Of a stretch of 64,000 nt of DNA, positions 25,449-38,986 are shown one piece after another; position 1 is the stretch's first letter; each line of letters starts with the position of its first letter. The position numbers and the translations under genes are program-made. The notes beneath the pieces were generated by a model, which searched no databases, was not told the DNA's origin, and saw nothing but the letters and a program-made list of their open reading frames with translations. Origin of the DNA: Octopus vulgaris (Eukaryota); the NCBI GenBank assembly GCA_951406725.2, contig OX597825.1, positions 4,526,001 to 4,590,000 on the forward strand, given 5' to 3'.

Positions 25449-28400
25449 TATAATAAATTAGTATATAAATTAGTATATAAATACTAATAAATTAGTATAT
25501 AAATTAGTATATAATGTTAATTTCACTGTGGAAAGTGAGCAAAGTGCTAACACCAGGTTAGAAAACGTGGAAGGAAATACATAGCAGCATTTCTTCCGGT
25601 TCTTCACCTTATGTGTACAAATTCTGCCGAGGTCAACTTCAAATTTCATCCTTTAGCGGTCGATAAAACGAGTACCAGGCAAGTGTATGCGACGATGTAA
25701 TCGATTACCAATATCCTCCTGAAACATCTCACCTTGTGCCAACATTTGAGATATTATCATTGTTGTTGTTCTTGAGTAAAAGGTCGAAGGGTGTGTAGCT
25801 TGTAGCTCTTTCTAGAATATATAAACTTGGACTCAACTCAACTTCATTCTCTCATTTTTGAGAACATGAAGGTATCTTCACACAATGGCATAATTAATTC
25901 ATACATTGAACACTGCGTTTTATTTTCGATACTTCGAAGTATATCGGATAAAGTCTTTTTTTTTAATAAATATAAAATTTAACCTTACTTAACGAATTAA
26001 ACCCTAAACCTACAAAGAGACAAAATCTGTTGCGCATCGGCAATTTAGAATAATGTTTACAATAGACGTAAATTATACTTTCAATTTACAAAAGAAAGGT
26101 GGGTACATTAAATTTTTTTTTATTGCTATTAACTACATTGAAAATTAATTGAGTAATCAACACATACACGTTTATAAAAGTTTATTTGTATTTTACTTGT
26201 ATAGACTGTAAAAATACAAACTACGGATACATTCACGGAGTGGAGCGATTTTAATTTCTCTGATTTATTACTAAGGAGAAATAATGTAATCAGGGTGAAC
26301 AGATATTTTGTTCATCTTAAGAGAAAAAACCTGTGAAGTAAGCTATATAATGAGATAAATTTGTATAATCATACACACATACATACATACATACAACATA
26401 CATGCATACACACACACAGTGTGTAGAAGTGCATTGTGAAGATAAACTTTAAGATAGATAGATAGGTAGATAGATAGACTGAGAGACAGACAGAGAGACA
26501 GATCAGCAATGTGTTTGCATGGACAGTACAATGTAGATTGTTTAACGTAGAACGTTGGTTCTTTATGTTAATCTACGAGGAATTGAATTTTCAAAGCCAT
26601 AAAACATTCGTGTTTGCAAACGTCTGTCAGTGTCTTTTAGCCTGGTGTTATTGTTTAGAATGTTTTGATTCCCTTGTGTTGTTGTTTTGTGTGTGTAGGG
26701 TGACAGAGGGGTGAAACAATTACAAAAGTTAACTATTTCTGGCTATGTGGTTTCATAATGGAAACTTTACACGGATAGACGGCTGCTTGATGGTTGCATA
26801 CTCTAATGTTGTCTGATTTGTCAGACGTGGCCGGTTGATGATGATGAATAAATGACTAGTGAGTGGACGGTAGCAGGAGGAAAAAAAATAGATGAGTGGA
26901 CGACTACTGACGATGAATTGAAGATTAGACACTTATCTATCCATTATTCTGAATAAGAAGATGAGATGAGATAAGAGACGTGGGGAGAGAGGTGAGGTAA
27001 GAAGCGAGAAGTGGCGAAGAATAACAAGCTGATGCGGACATAAATTCACTCTTTGACCGAGAGGAGGTGAAGGAAGAGAAGGAGAATGACAAAGAGGAGG
27101 AGAAGAGGGCAAAGAGAGGAGGGTGGTGGTGGTGGTGGATGTGGCAGAGAAACTAGAGTGTTATCTTATTTATTTCCAGCTCTTGCGTCGATATATCGCA
27201 AATAAACAAGACTGGTATTTTTCATTGAAATGAAAGATCTTATATGATTGAAATGCTTGGGGACTATTTTTAGACAATGTATGTTGAATGTACACCAGCA
27301 AATGCAGTAGAATAATTCGTCATCCATTAATTACCAAACTTGATCGGGAGATTTCAATTCCTACTTCCTATATAGATTAGATTTGTCTCTGTTTCTATTT
27401 GATTGTGGCGACAAGCTTGGCGTTGATATATACTCGGCAGACCACCATAAATAGGTTATGGAGAGGAAAACCATTCCAAGACTACACTGACAAATTAGCT
27501 TTCTTCTTGTTGGGTAAGTTCTCTGCCTTTACGTGGTAAATTCCATTTCTATAGACGTCAACAGTGTATGGATATATAGGTGAATAAAGAGAGAAAGAGA
27601 AGAGAAAAACAGAAAGAGAGAAACGGAGAGTGACAGGTTGAGAGATATAGAGATTAAGATAGGCAGATTGATAAAGAGAATAATAAAAGGAAGAAAATGT
27701 CATTGTATAATCATACCAGAACTGCTTTCTTTCAACCATTCAGTCTGTTTTACTGTAACTCTATTTGGCTGCACATTACGTTTGGCTACTTGGTTATATG
27801 AATGACTTACAGGTCACATTATAGCAAGAAGTAAGATGGATTAATAATAGATGGCCAGTTATCCATTATACCGTTTATATATAGTCCATTATTTTCGGTG
27901 TTGCTTCTGGAAGTATAATAGTACAGCCAACCGTCACTATCGAATATGTGCGGTTTAGTAACATGCACTATGCTTTCATTAATTATTTTAGGTGCCTCTG
28001 TAGTCGCGAACACTCATAGACACTCCCCCTTAATACAGTAAAATGTGCAGTACGTGTATGATGGAGAGAAATATTGCTGCATCAGTTCTCGGTTGGTTAG
28101 TATCACATCTGAGAAGTCTGGAGAAACGTGAAATGAAGTGCCTTGTTTAAAGACAAAAGGTGCCACCACTCGGTGTTAGGATGTGCATTCAATCGACACG
28201 GTCACGATCATAAGCCGAACACCCCTAACGACTAGAGTATGTGCCTTCCACTTATGCTATTTGGAATGGCAACTTTGAGTTAACGAAGGAGAACCTGCTC
28301 ATTTTATTGATCTCACAAAAATTCTATATGAGTGAATAAAGTACGGTATCGTAGGAAATTATATGGAGGTTATCATACTTATTGAGTAAATATAACAGTC

Positions 28401-29759
28401 GTAAAAGAACAGTTTTGAACAAATGTGAGCTGCCGATGTTTACTTCATTGAATCAGACCTTTATGGAATCGATTCTTATTAAAGATTCCAAATATTTGGT
28501 ATATATATTGACTGAATATATTCATGTTTCGAAGATGTTGACAACATTGATCGCAGTCTCATGATATTGGCAGAACACAATATTCTGTATATGTTTCCAT
28601 TGATCGTAGACTGGAGATGTAACCTCATTGATTCCAGTATATAAATATTCACAGATTACGTAGAATACGTAGGTAAGTAGAATTTGACAAAATTGATCCC
28701 GTTAGTGTAGATACTGATAAAAGCTGTAGTATATTTAGATGTTGATAGAACGGGTACAAATATAAATATTCTAACAAAATATATCACCGTAGAATGATGT
28801 TAGCATCCCATAGGCCAGCGCTGTATAGAATAATCGAATTGTACTGTTTACATGCAGCTTGTCTCTCGATATTCTCAATGTTAAGATTGTTATAAAACTT
28901 GTTCAAAGTTATATTAAATCATGTCATCGTTGGCATGTGCATCAGAGACATTTTTTTCTGTATTTATTAATAACAATTTAACCAATGAAGAGCAATGGAA
29001 GCTACAGAAAACTGAATAAAGAGAAGAAAATCTGTTCAATAAATATTCATTATTGAATAGATTTAACCAATATTTATTGGCTAAATTGAATAACCCATTC
29101 TGTCCCTTTTCACAATCAATATGTGGTTTCAAAGGAGCCATAATTTTCTCTTTTACGTGGGCCCATATTCTGAGTTGGATGCAAATTACTCTTCCAAGCT
29201 TGCTTCAGTCACAATCTTCATAGCAATGTTCTCACCAAAAGTTTCAGGCTTCAACTAAGCCATTCTATCAATTTTATTGAATTAAAACTTATGACCTGTT
29301 ACAGTCAAAACTGAGGTTGCCTCAAAAAAATATCAAAGTTAAAGTTTTATAAACCAAAAATACTGAATAAATTTATTTCTCCTTTTTCTTCTTCGGTGTT
29401 ATAGTGCTTTTTGTTCACCTTCTTGAGGCTGCATTCTTCTTTCTGGATGATAGTTTCTTATTTAGTCTTACTACCAAAAATAATACGTGGAGAAGTTTAG
29501 TGGGTGCCATCGATTCCAGAACTTCACCAGTACATAATTTCATCGAACCCCAAAAGGTAAAAGGCAAAGTTGACCCAACCATGGTTTAAATACAGAACGT
29601 AAAGGGCCAGATAAATAATGCAACGATACAGTCTTCTAATTCAATCAAAACATCTCATGGAAACTAGCGTGGATCGATAAATAAATACAGAAACTCACAC
29701 CAAAGAAAGAAATCTATTACACTGTCGTTCTACTTGTTAAAAGTATCAATTAAATACCT

Positions 29760-29990
29760 ATTTCTTTACTGCCCACAAGGAACTGAACACAGAGGGGACA
29801 AACAAAGACAGCCAAACGGATTAAGTCGATTGTATCGACCCCAGTGCGTAACTGGTACTTATTTAATCGACTCCGAAAGGATGAAAGGCAAAGTTGACCT
29901 CGGCGGAATTTGAACTCAGAACGTAGCGGCAGACGAAATACCGCTAAGCATTTCGCCCGGTGTGCTAACGTTTCTGCCAGCTCACCGGCT
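29760..29990 (-). mobile_element. SINE family B with TSD
   Basis: Near-identical to the 25234 copy; flanks agtatcaattaaatacc / agcatcaattaaatacc. Confidence 0.88.
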
Positions 29991-30235
29991 TAGCATCAAT
30001 TAAATACCCCTCGAATGATAGCCCACCAGCTTACAGCATGAAGTGTATATTAAATATAATTCTCTTACATGCCACTGAATGGCTGGATGGCGAATATGAA
30101 TCACTTTTATCATAGGTGTTCTTGATCAGGGTTAATCTCGAACAAAATAATAGCATCAACGAAAAATAGATTATATCTTTGAAACATTTAATATATGTGA
30201 GTAGACATTTAGTCTGTAGTACATCCTATTCTAGG

Positions 30236-30288
<53 letters not shown>

Positions 30289-31576
30289 GACTAGCGTATT
30301 TATGAAAATAGAACAATATACATATTATCTTGAATTATCTTTCAATATGGTTAAATATATTTGATAATAAAGGAAATATACGACAGAGTAATCAATTGGT
30401 CCGAATATCAAACCCTCTTTGTGTGTGTGTGTGTGCGTGTGTGTGTGCGTGTGTGTGTGCGTGTGTGTGTATGTGTGTGTGTGTGTGTGTGCTTTAAGGC
30501 AAAGTACGCGGGTTAAGTACACATTGTAGGACAAAATAAACACTTGTAAAATTATGCACACGTAAACAGGCATGTGTAAATACGCAGTATTTAGTACTTT
30601 TTCTCGGTTTCTATCTTTCTTTCTTTCTCTCTCTTTCTCTTCTCTCCTCCTCCTCCTCCTCCTCCTCCTCTCTCTCTCTCTTTTTTATTTCTCTGCCTAT
30701 CTGTTTATTCTAATTAGCTGACAAATTGGTTCTGTGATCAAATTTACAAAGAACTGAATGTGTACAGAAACCAGAAGAAACCTCTAACATATTCCTCGAT
30801 ACATAGGAAGCGGTAAATTGATTTAAAGTATATTAATTATAAAGTAGCTCTAACTAAATTAAATTTGCAGTAATCTTTTATTTAGAAAGTTAATGGAAAC
30901 AGCAGTAGTGATTCTATTTAAAGTTATTAATTTTATGCTAGTGTCTAAATTCATATGCCGCTAAATATTTAATTGTGAGACTGACTTACATTATATTATA
31001 TACAATCATGGACTATTATCTCCACTTAGCTGGCAGTTTCTTTCCTTCCCTTGTGTGTTGCTTATTCCTCAATTTGGTTAAATTCTCATAGTTATTGCTT
31101 TCGAAAATTTAAGTAATGACTTCACATATTTTTAACAAAATCAAAGTTACAATAAAATATATATTTTCCTGCCTCCTTTCTCTCTCTCTCTCCCTCTCTA
31201 TCAGTTTGTACTTTTTTTTCTTTCTTGGTACTGGTACTTAGATACTAATCTGCGACATACGTTCAGAGATAGATGCATTCCGAAGCAGCCAAAACGATAC
31301 GCGCCTCCTCTGTGATTCAGGATGTATGTATTTTGTCGCTATGAAAATTCGAAGGACAACGTTTCTATTTGAGAAACGTGTCTTCTTTTGTGGGAACAAT
31401 AAACACAATTCATACAGGAAGACATATGCTTTCAGACACACGCACGCACGCACACATAATATTGTGCATGTATGTGCGCGCGCTTGTCTGTGTTGCGCGC
31501 GCTCGTGTGTATGTGCGAGTGTGTGTTTTTGCATTTGTGTTTGTGCATGTGTGTGTTTGTGTATAAATATATGAAT

Positions 31577-31615
31577 ACTAGCAGACCCTGTGCCGTCAAG
31601 AATGACGGCTAATTG
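31577..31615 (-). mobile_element. Helitron-like 3' terminus
   Basis: Perfect 7-bp GC-rich hairpin GCCGTCA/TGACGGC followed 10 nt later by CTAG|T on the minus strand. Confidence 0.55.
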
Positions 31616-32599
31616 TAGTATTTTTATATAAAAAGGGTACAAAAGGGTGAAAATAATCAAACAGTGCTTCACTCTGTGTGTGTGTGTGTATACATAGATA
31701 CATGTATGTATGTATGCATGTATGCATATATGTGTTTTATATGCGTTTGTGTCTGTAATTCTATTTTCTATGTATCTTTCAAAATAAATACACACAAACG
31801 CATATACACTCACTCAAATGTATAAATATACTTTAAACAAACACATACACACATACACACACACAAACAAACATTCACATGCCTCCTTTTTACAGGCACG
31901 CAAATATAGTCACACAGGTGAAGTGGAGTTTGATTTTTTTCACCATCACACTTCCATCGGTGGATCACCCCTTCCTTTCTCAATCATATATTGTGATGGA
32001 GAAATACACAAGAGTATTATTATAGTAGATTATTATAGTAAATGACACACGTCGCTCTCTTTGCCACTTCCTCTCTCTCATTGCTATTACTTTCTGTCAC
32101 TCCCACTGAGTCATAGCTATTATTCTCACTACTTCTCTTTCACTGGATTATTATTTTCTCTCCTCTCACTTCACCCCTACTGCTTGATTTTGGATATATA
32201 TATATATGATTCCCTTGGCAAGTGATTGCTTTGGTGTTGCCGTGAGTGGAAGCGTATGGTAGGCGTGCGTGCATGGTGTGTATATGTGTGTATATGTATG
32301 CGTGTGTGTATGTGTGTGTACGTACTTTGGCGTTTGTGTGTATATGTGTGGAGAGTTCTCCTTATCCATGTCGTGATATGTAAACGTGTATGTGTGTGCG
32401 GGAAATGTATAGATGTCTTGCGGTAAAGCAAGAAGGAAGGAAGACGAAAGCAGAAAGGAGAACTGAAATAAAGTAACAGATGTACGACTACTTGTGTTAT
32501 GTGTACAGAGTTCCATGTCTGAAACGTACGTAGGAATTTAAGATATACACATGTGCTAATGTTCACACACATATATATATATATGTGTGTGTAGTTAAT

Positions 32600-32775
32600 A
32601 CAAACATGAACAAAGAGAAAACAACGCAAGGACGTGGAACGGATATAGTGATATTGGACGCTTAGGAACGGAAAGAATGAAGGAGGGTTTAACGTTTCGA
32701 GCGGAGCTCTTCATCAGAAACATAGAAAAAGGAAAGGTCCAAAGAAGGGAAGTCGGAGAAAGAAAATCGCCAACG

Positions 32776-32778
<3 letters not shown>
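32600..32778 (-). mobile_element. Short PLE pseudo-LTR-like element containing a canonical minimal hammerhead
   Basis: Embedded between (TA)/(CA) tracts; related to 12102-12290. Confidence 0.7.
32687..32721 (-). ncRNA. Minimal type I hammerhead ribozyme, intact consensus core
   Basis: guuu CUGAUGA A GAGC-ucc-GCUC GAAAC GUU aaac; perfect stems I and II, palindromic ACGU stem III. Confidence 0.8.
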
Positions 32779-32831
<53 letters not shown>

Positions 32832-33251
32832 TATATATATATGGGTGTGTGTGTATGTCTATTTTCGTATGTGAGTGCGTGCTTGTGCGTGTTTGTGTGT
32901 ATCTATCCATATATATATTTATATATATATATGCCTATGTAAGTATGTCTATGTATGTCTGTATATATATATAGATTTATAAGCAAAGAGAGGATGATTA
33001 ATAGTAAGAGAGAGACAGAGACAGAGCATGGAAGAGAGTGAGTGAGATAGAGATTGTATAGAAAGAAAGATTTTCATTGGAAGAGATCGTTTAAAAAATG
33101 AGAAGAAACTGACAATCCGAAAGAGAATAACAAAGAGAAGCTGTAGCTGAAGGCCGAATCTTAAGCATGATATATGTGTATGTGTGCATGTGTGTGTATG
33201 TGTGTGTGTGTGTGTATGTGCATGTGTGTGTGTGTGTGCGTGTGTGTGTGC

Positions 33252-33293
<42 letters not shown>

Positions 33294-34279
33294 GCGACTA
33301 GAAGACAAAATGATATCAGAAGAGATATGGTAAAAAAAAATAGAGATATTCAGAAACAGAACGAAAAAAGCATTTCTTCTATTTTACAATTAAACTAAAT
33401 TCTGATGCTGATCATTTATAATCTTGGATAATAATATTCCTTAGGGTTAATTTAGAGATGTTTTCAAAGATATCTCATTGGTTTTTGTTCTTCTCCATGG
33501 TTTCTACAGGAATCTAATCAGAGTTATGAATACAGCAACTTTAGTTGTTGTCCTTCATGGCAAGAGGAAGTCATTGAGTGTTGTTGGGGAAACATCTCTG
33601 TGAATTGTTTGAAAATATCCATCACTACATCACTTCAAGCACATCATTTTGATAACAATAAAGATAGCAGATAGTAAAAACAAGAAGTATCATCAACAAT
33701 GGCAGACAATTTAATAACAACATCAATGAAAGCAACAAATATAACAAAGTTTTTGGATAACAGCAGCAACTGCGTTTCTGTTGACTTTTTTTATTGAAAC
33801 AAAAATGAACACATAAAAAGAAAATTACAATTTACTATTCTTTTCTATAATAACTGTTGTAAAAATTATCGATACGGCTATATTGATAGCTTTACTTGTA
33901 ATAGCAGATTACTGTATCCTGGCGGCAGACAGTGTTTCAGCGGAGGTCTTACCAGGATCAAAACTAGCGCAGATGTCGTGGGCGAGGGTTGAAGTTGAGC
34001 CAGCATAAAGAAAAACGTTGGCGAGATCAAGCAAAAATGACTTTATGGAGTTGTTGATTATGAAGTTGTTGATTGTTGTTAATACACTACATATTTCAAG
34101 TGGAGTCAATGTCGCTTCATTGCTCTTTCCTCTGTGACGGTGGTCTTTGCATGTATTAGATAACACACATTGCTGAGAGAATGGGGAATAACCCCATTCT
34201 GAAATTTCAAACTGTTTTTCCACACGACAAATATTTAAATGAACCAACTCGGTAGCTTCTACGTCGATGGCCCACCTGC

Positions 34280-35210
34280 TTAAAATATTGGTTTGGTGGC
34301 GGATGTCCTCTTAGACACGGGGAACACCATCACAATACTAGAGGGGCACAAACTGCACTATCAGACTTGGGCTGGTCAGAGATTCCTTGTTCAAATTTAA
34401 CATGGGTCATTAAATTCAATCCCTGACTCAATAAACTTACCTGACAGCACCAGATTACACGTGGTTGTGGAGAGCAGGAAGCCGAGGTGCTACTTCTGTG
34501 GAAACGATCGGCACCTCAAGGTCGACTGTCCCAAATGCAAGGAGGTGCGTCGGACGCTACAACCTACACCAGAACCGGGAGTCACCTCCAGTACAGCAGT
34601 AGCAACAACAGCAGCAGCGGAAAGCAGCCCAAACACCAACGCCATCAGCAACAGCAACAGCAACAGCGACGCCATCTCAAGCCGTCACCAGGGCACCACC
34701 AACACCAACATCAACAACAACGATACCAGCTGGAGTATCAGTAGCAGTAACATCACCACCAACAGCTACTACAACAATAGCAGCAGCAACGGACGAATCC
34801 CAACAAATCGAAGAGCCATAGGAAATCCCTCTTTCCGAGCTAAACAACTCGGACTGTTCGATACCTGAAGTCGAGAGCGGGAGTGGGAAACAGTTCCCCA
34901 ACAACAAAGAAAGAAAAGAATAAATAGACAGTAGAAGAAAAGGGGGAAAGCGCAAGGATACGGAACTTCCCAACAGTAGCAACACCCACAGAAGAACCTT
35001 CAATAACACCAACGCATCCTCCAGCACAGCTACCTCAAGCACCAACACAACCACAAACAGATTCTACAAACACTATTATCCTCACAGCCATAAATTCAGA
35101 AAATGTAGACTTAATCACATACTTAAGAGACAATAGAAACACCACAGTGACAGACTTTGTCTTCCCAACACACATCTCACCACCACCACACATTTTAAAA
35201 ATCATCTCCG
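34280..35210 (+). pseudogene. Retroelement ORF1/gag-like remnant with CCHC zinc knuckle and low-complexity tail
   Basis: SIPDSINLPDSTRLHVVVESRKPR-CYFCGNDRHLKVDC (CX2CX4HX4C), as in L1/Tx1-type ORF1; no adjacent RT recognised. Confidence 0.6.
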
Positions 35211-36525
35211 GTTAATCATTGAAAGAACGTTGGCGTTGCCTTGGCGGGGGGTTGCGCTCTCTGAGTGCTCTAGTTATAATTGTTCTTATTTATCAAGTCT
35301 CCTTTAATCGAATGGCTTATAATATATGTTATTTTATGTAATTTTCTTATACTTTTCATTTTTATTCTATGCTAATATTATGTTGAAAGCCTTGACATTT
35401 CTCGTCAGAAAATGGAGGCTGATATGAACAGTGCAGCCGTATTATATAAAATTATAATCAGAACGCTCATTAGAGTATTATGAAATCGACTGCAAACTGT
35501 TGAAAAGGGTTATTTGTGAAGTTAGTAGCTTGATGTATTTACACTGTTCTATAATTTACTAGAAAAACAAAAAGCAAGATAATAACGAATTTGGAAACTA
35601 CTGATGAAAAGTCTTTTTAAGTAAAACTGACCTAGGCTTAACTATAGGAGATGTATAATTTAAGTATAGGGGATATATAGAGATAAATTTAATAACGGAA
35701 ACATCGCACTGCTAAAACAAATTTCAGATACTCTATTGACTTTAGATTTTTAATAAATTTTTAATATACTTAATAGTATATTATAGTTGTAAACGAAATA
35801 CACTGTACTTGATAACAATAAATATTTACTGGGTATTTATACAATGCGTTCGTGGACAGTTGTTTGGTTAGATGTCGTACTGATGTCAGAGCAATAATTA
35901 TGGAAATATGTATATACACCCACTACCTATATTTTCTCTGGAATATATGATTTATCAGAATATTTGTGCTTCAACTTGAAAAACTTACACTTACCAATGT
36001 TACTGAAATAATGTTTGTTCAATTTAGTAGTTGTAGATAGTACAAGACGGCGAAAGTTTTGCATGCCGGAGAAAATGTTTATTGTCATGTTGTCTGTACT
36101 TTGTACATGTGGATTTGTGCGTATACAGGATACATGTTAAACTTTTAAGCGTAATATATTTCTGTCTTCTACTCAACTTTCTTTCACAATATGCTTTAAA
36201 CTTTATCTATGTCTGCTTTCTTCATTATAACCTGAATAATTTTATTTTTACTTCTACTTAAAATTTCTTAAAATTCCCTATACCCTTAATCTGTTCGTTA
36301 ATTACTTTTCAGCATTCATACTCAGCATTTTATTTTTATATTAAAAATGTTTTTACATACATTTTATTCAACGTATATTTTGCATCGTAATCATTAAATG
36401 GCTAACATGTCAATTCACCAACGACAAACCATGGCGTCAAAAGAATTTCATGTATGTATGTATGCATACATATATATATGCGAGCACACACACGCATACA
36501 TATACATACACATATATATATACAC

Positions 36526-36580
<55 letters not shown>

Positions 36581-36614
36581 TGAATATATATATACATAAT
36601 AGTATATATATACT

Positions 36615-36666
<52 letters not shown>

Positions 36667-38081
36667 CATAAGTACAAACACACGCATATATATATACATA
36701 TGTGTGTGTATAAATAATACATATATTTATATATATATATTATATATACGCATCTATACGTGTGTGTATGTGTATATGTGTGCATGCATGTGATCGAGAG
36801 AAGACTGAGAGACAGCGGAATAAAGGAAACAGCGAAAGAAGCCAAACGTTGCTAAGAGTAAAATCGGATTAACTACCAAGAAGTGTTAATAAAGCGGCTA
36901 ATTGGTTGAGGCATAAGAATATATGACAGATTATTTTAAATTCTTTCTAGTTTGAGTTGAAATTCCGTGGAGATCAACTTTGCTTGTAATCCATCTTTAG
37001 CTGCCATATCAGCTGCTGTCATCAGTTGTGTATGCAGAATCACCAGTATATATTCGCTAAAAGTGTCCTTGAATGCACAGATTATCGTATATAAAACAAT
37101 GTTTAAATCAAGAAATTTCACACTTAATATCATTCAAAAATTCTATACTAGAACAAAAGGAGGCGGATTACATTGTAGTTTAGAAACATGTTTCTTCATC
37201 CATAACAGAAAGCAAAATATCCAGCCATACTTTTGTGTTATATCAACAAGTGAAAGTAGAAAGATTCTATGTAAAAATTTAAAATATATGATAACTCTAA
37301 AGTAAATCCTGGACAAAAGTAGCAACGGATATAAACTATGTACAGCAGAGAAAAAAGTTTTTAAAAAAATATCAATGCAGCTTATATATATTCCGTTGAA
37401 ATCGGAAGATATAGGTGTGCAGCTTAGTTTATTTTACTATTTCACAACGTCTCTTAAATGGAACTTAATTCTGCACGTGAGTATATAAATGTGATGGCTG
37501 ATGAAACTGTATAAACAGAACGTTTGAATGTGTAGTGTACAATGTACACTACACCGAGGTAGACTTATATAAACAGAAGAGATTTATATATTTATGGCAT
37601 TTTAAGAACTTGAGTTTCGTATGTTATTCTTGCTAACAGATTATTACAACATATGCTAAAAAATTTTGGTTTTCTTCCATACTTGCTATTCATCATCTCA
37701 TTTTAGATACGTTTAGATAAGAAGAGACCTATTTGGAAATGATGACTCTTGCTTGAATTCCTGATTGAAATGCCAGGCTTGAGTCATACGAATAAAAGGA
37801 CTTGAAGTGTGGAGCAGTGAATCTACAGTTTCGGAATGATAGACTATTATATAATTGACTCATGTTTTGAGCCTATTATTCAAATTTTCAACACAGCAAA
37901 TAGGTATACGTCTGTTATACTCCAGTTGTATGTTTCAGATAATAAGATTACTAGCTGAATACAGGTATAAATTTTACTACCATTACACCCATAATTTTTA
38001 AATATGTAACTGGGAATGTCTGAAAATTTATGCACGAAGTGTAATGTAATTATTATAAATATGCATATATATATATATATA

Positions 38082-38147
<66 letters not shown>

Positions 38148-38266
38148 CTTCAACATATATAATATTTCGGAATTACGGAGATGTACTTGCATAGCAAGTG
38201 ATTTGATCTGAGATCGTGTGCTGAAACGAAAAAAATTGCAGCGTGGAAGGTGTTTGTAAGCCATTT

Positions 38267-38490
38267 AAGAAACACACAAAAGCCGTTCGATTCACTTCAA
38301 CATTTAAGTTTAATTTGTCAAAATATTTTCGTCGCTAAAATCCGTGACCTGTTCACTGACAAAAATCTGTGCTGCATCTGTGCAGCACGGATTTTTGTCA
38401 GTGAACAGGTCGCGGATTTTAGCGACGAAAATATTTTGACAAATGAGACTTAAATGTTGAAGTGAATCGAACGGCTCTGTGTGTTTCTTA
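38267..38490. repeat. ~220-bp near-perfect palindrome
   Basis: taagaaacacac...gtgctgca tctg tgcagcac...gtgtgtttctta; ~110-bp arms with few mismatches, 4-nt loop. Confidence 0.95.
38394..38443 (+). ncRNA. Hammerhead motif with G3:C8 core variant
   Basis: uuuguca GUGAACA G GUCGC-ggauuuua-GCGAC GAAA AUAUU U ugacaaa; 7-bp stem I, 5-bp stem II, palindromic AAUAUU stem III. Confidence 0.65.
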
Positions 38491-38986
38491 TATATATTTC
38501 GTTTTCGTATTTGGTTTGCAAGATTCTCTATATGAGTTCGTGTGTTGAAGCATATTATGTTATGTCTGGGGAGAGTCATTTTCTTTTTGTGCCTTATAAT
38601 GTAACACACTCAACGGTAAAATGTCCACTTATTTCTTATTTATTATTTTTTAGTTATTTTTTTTCCTAAAATTTTCGTTGCATCTTGCAACCTCTTCAAT
38701 AGTCCTCCCTCAAAAGGCTTTGGTCTGCCAAATGCTATATTAGAAGACACCTGCTCATGGTGAGTGCAGTGGTACTGAACCCGGAACCATGTGGTTAGGA
38801 AGCAAACTTTTTACCACATCGCCACATCTGGTGCCGGTGGTTTCAAGGTTAGGAAGAGTCTAGCAGCGTCATGTTAGACGAAGTCACCACTCGTGTAAGC
38901 CCGCACGTAGACTACAATTTCATTTCCACGGTGCTTTCTCTGACATTGTTGCCTACAATATTTCCTTTCAGTATTTATATTTCGTA

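Larger units (their letters stand above)
38145..38705. mobile_element. Composite of PLE pseudo-LTR fragments: long palindrome plus a second related unit, three HHR-like motifs
   Basis: Palindrome 38267-38490; HHR-like motifs at 38314-38363(-), 38394-38443(+), 38665-38705(-); two copies of the conserved LPRxN..F.TR..I..LA.Q peptide; begins at a (TA)n tract. Confidence 0.75.

Noticed and set aside
27819-28013. 64-aa non-repetitive ORF
   Set aside because: No recognisable motif; the length is expected by chance
33909-34247. 112-aa minus-strand ORF next to the CCHC remnant
   Set aside because: No motif I can assign; could be decayed TE sequence
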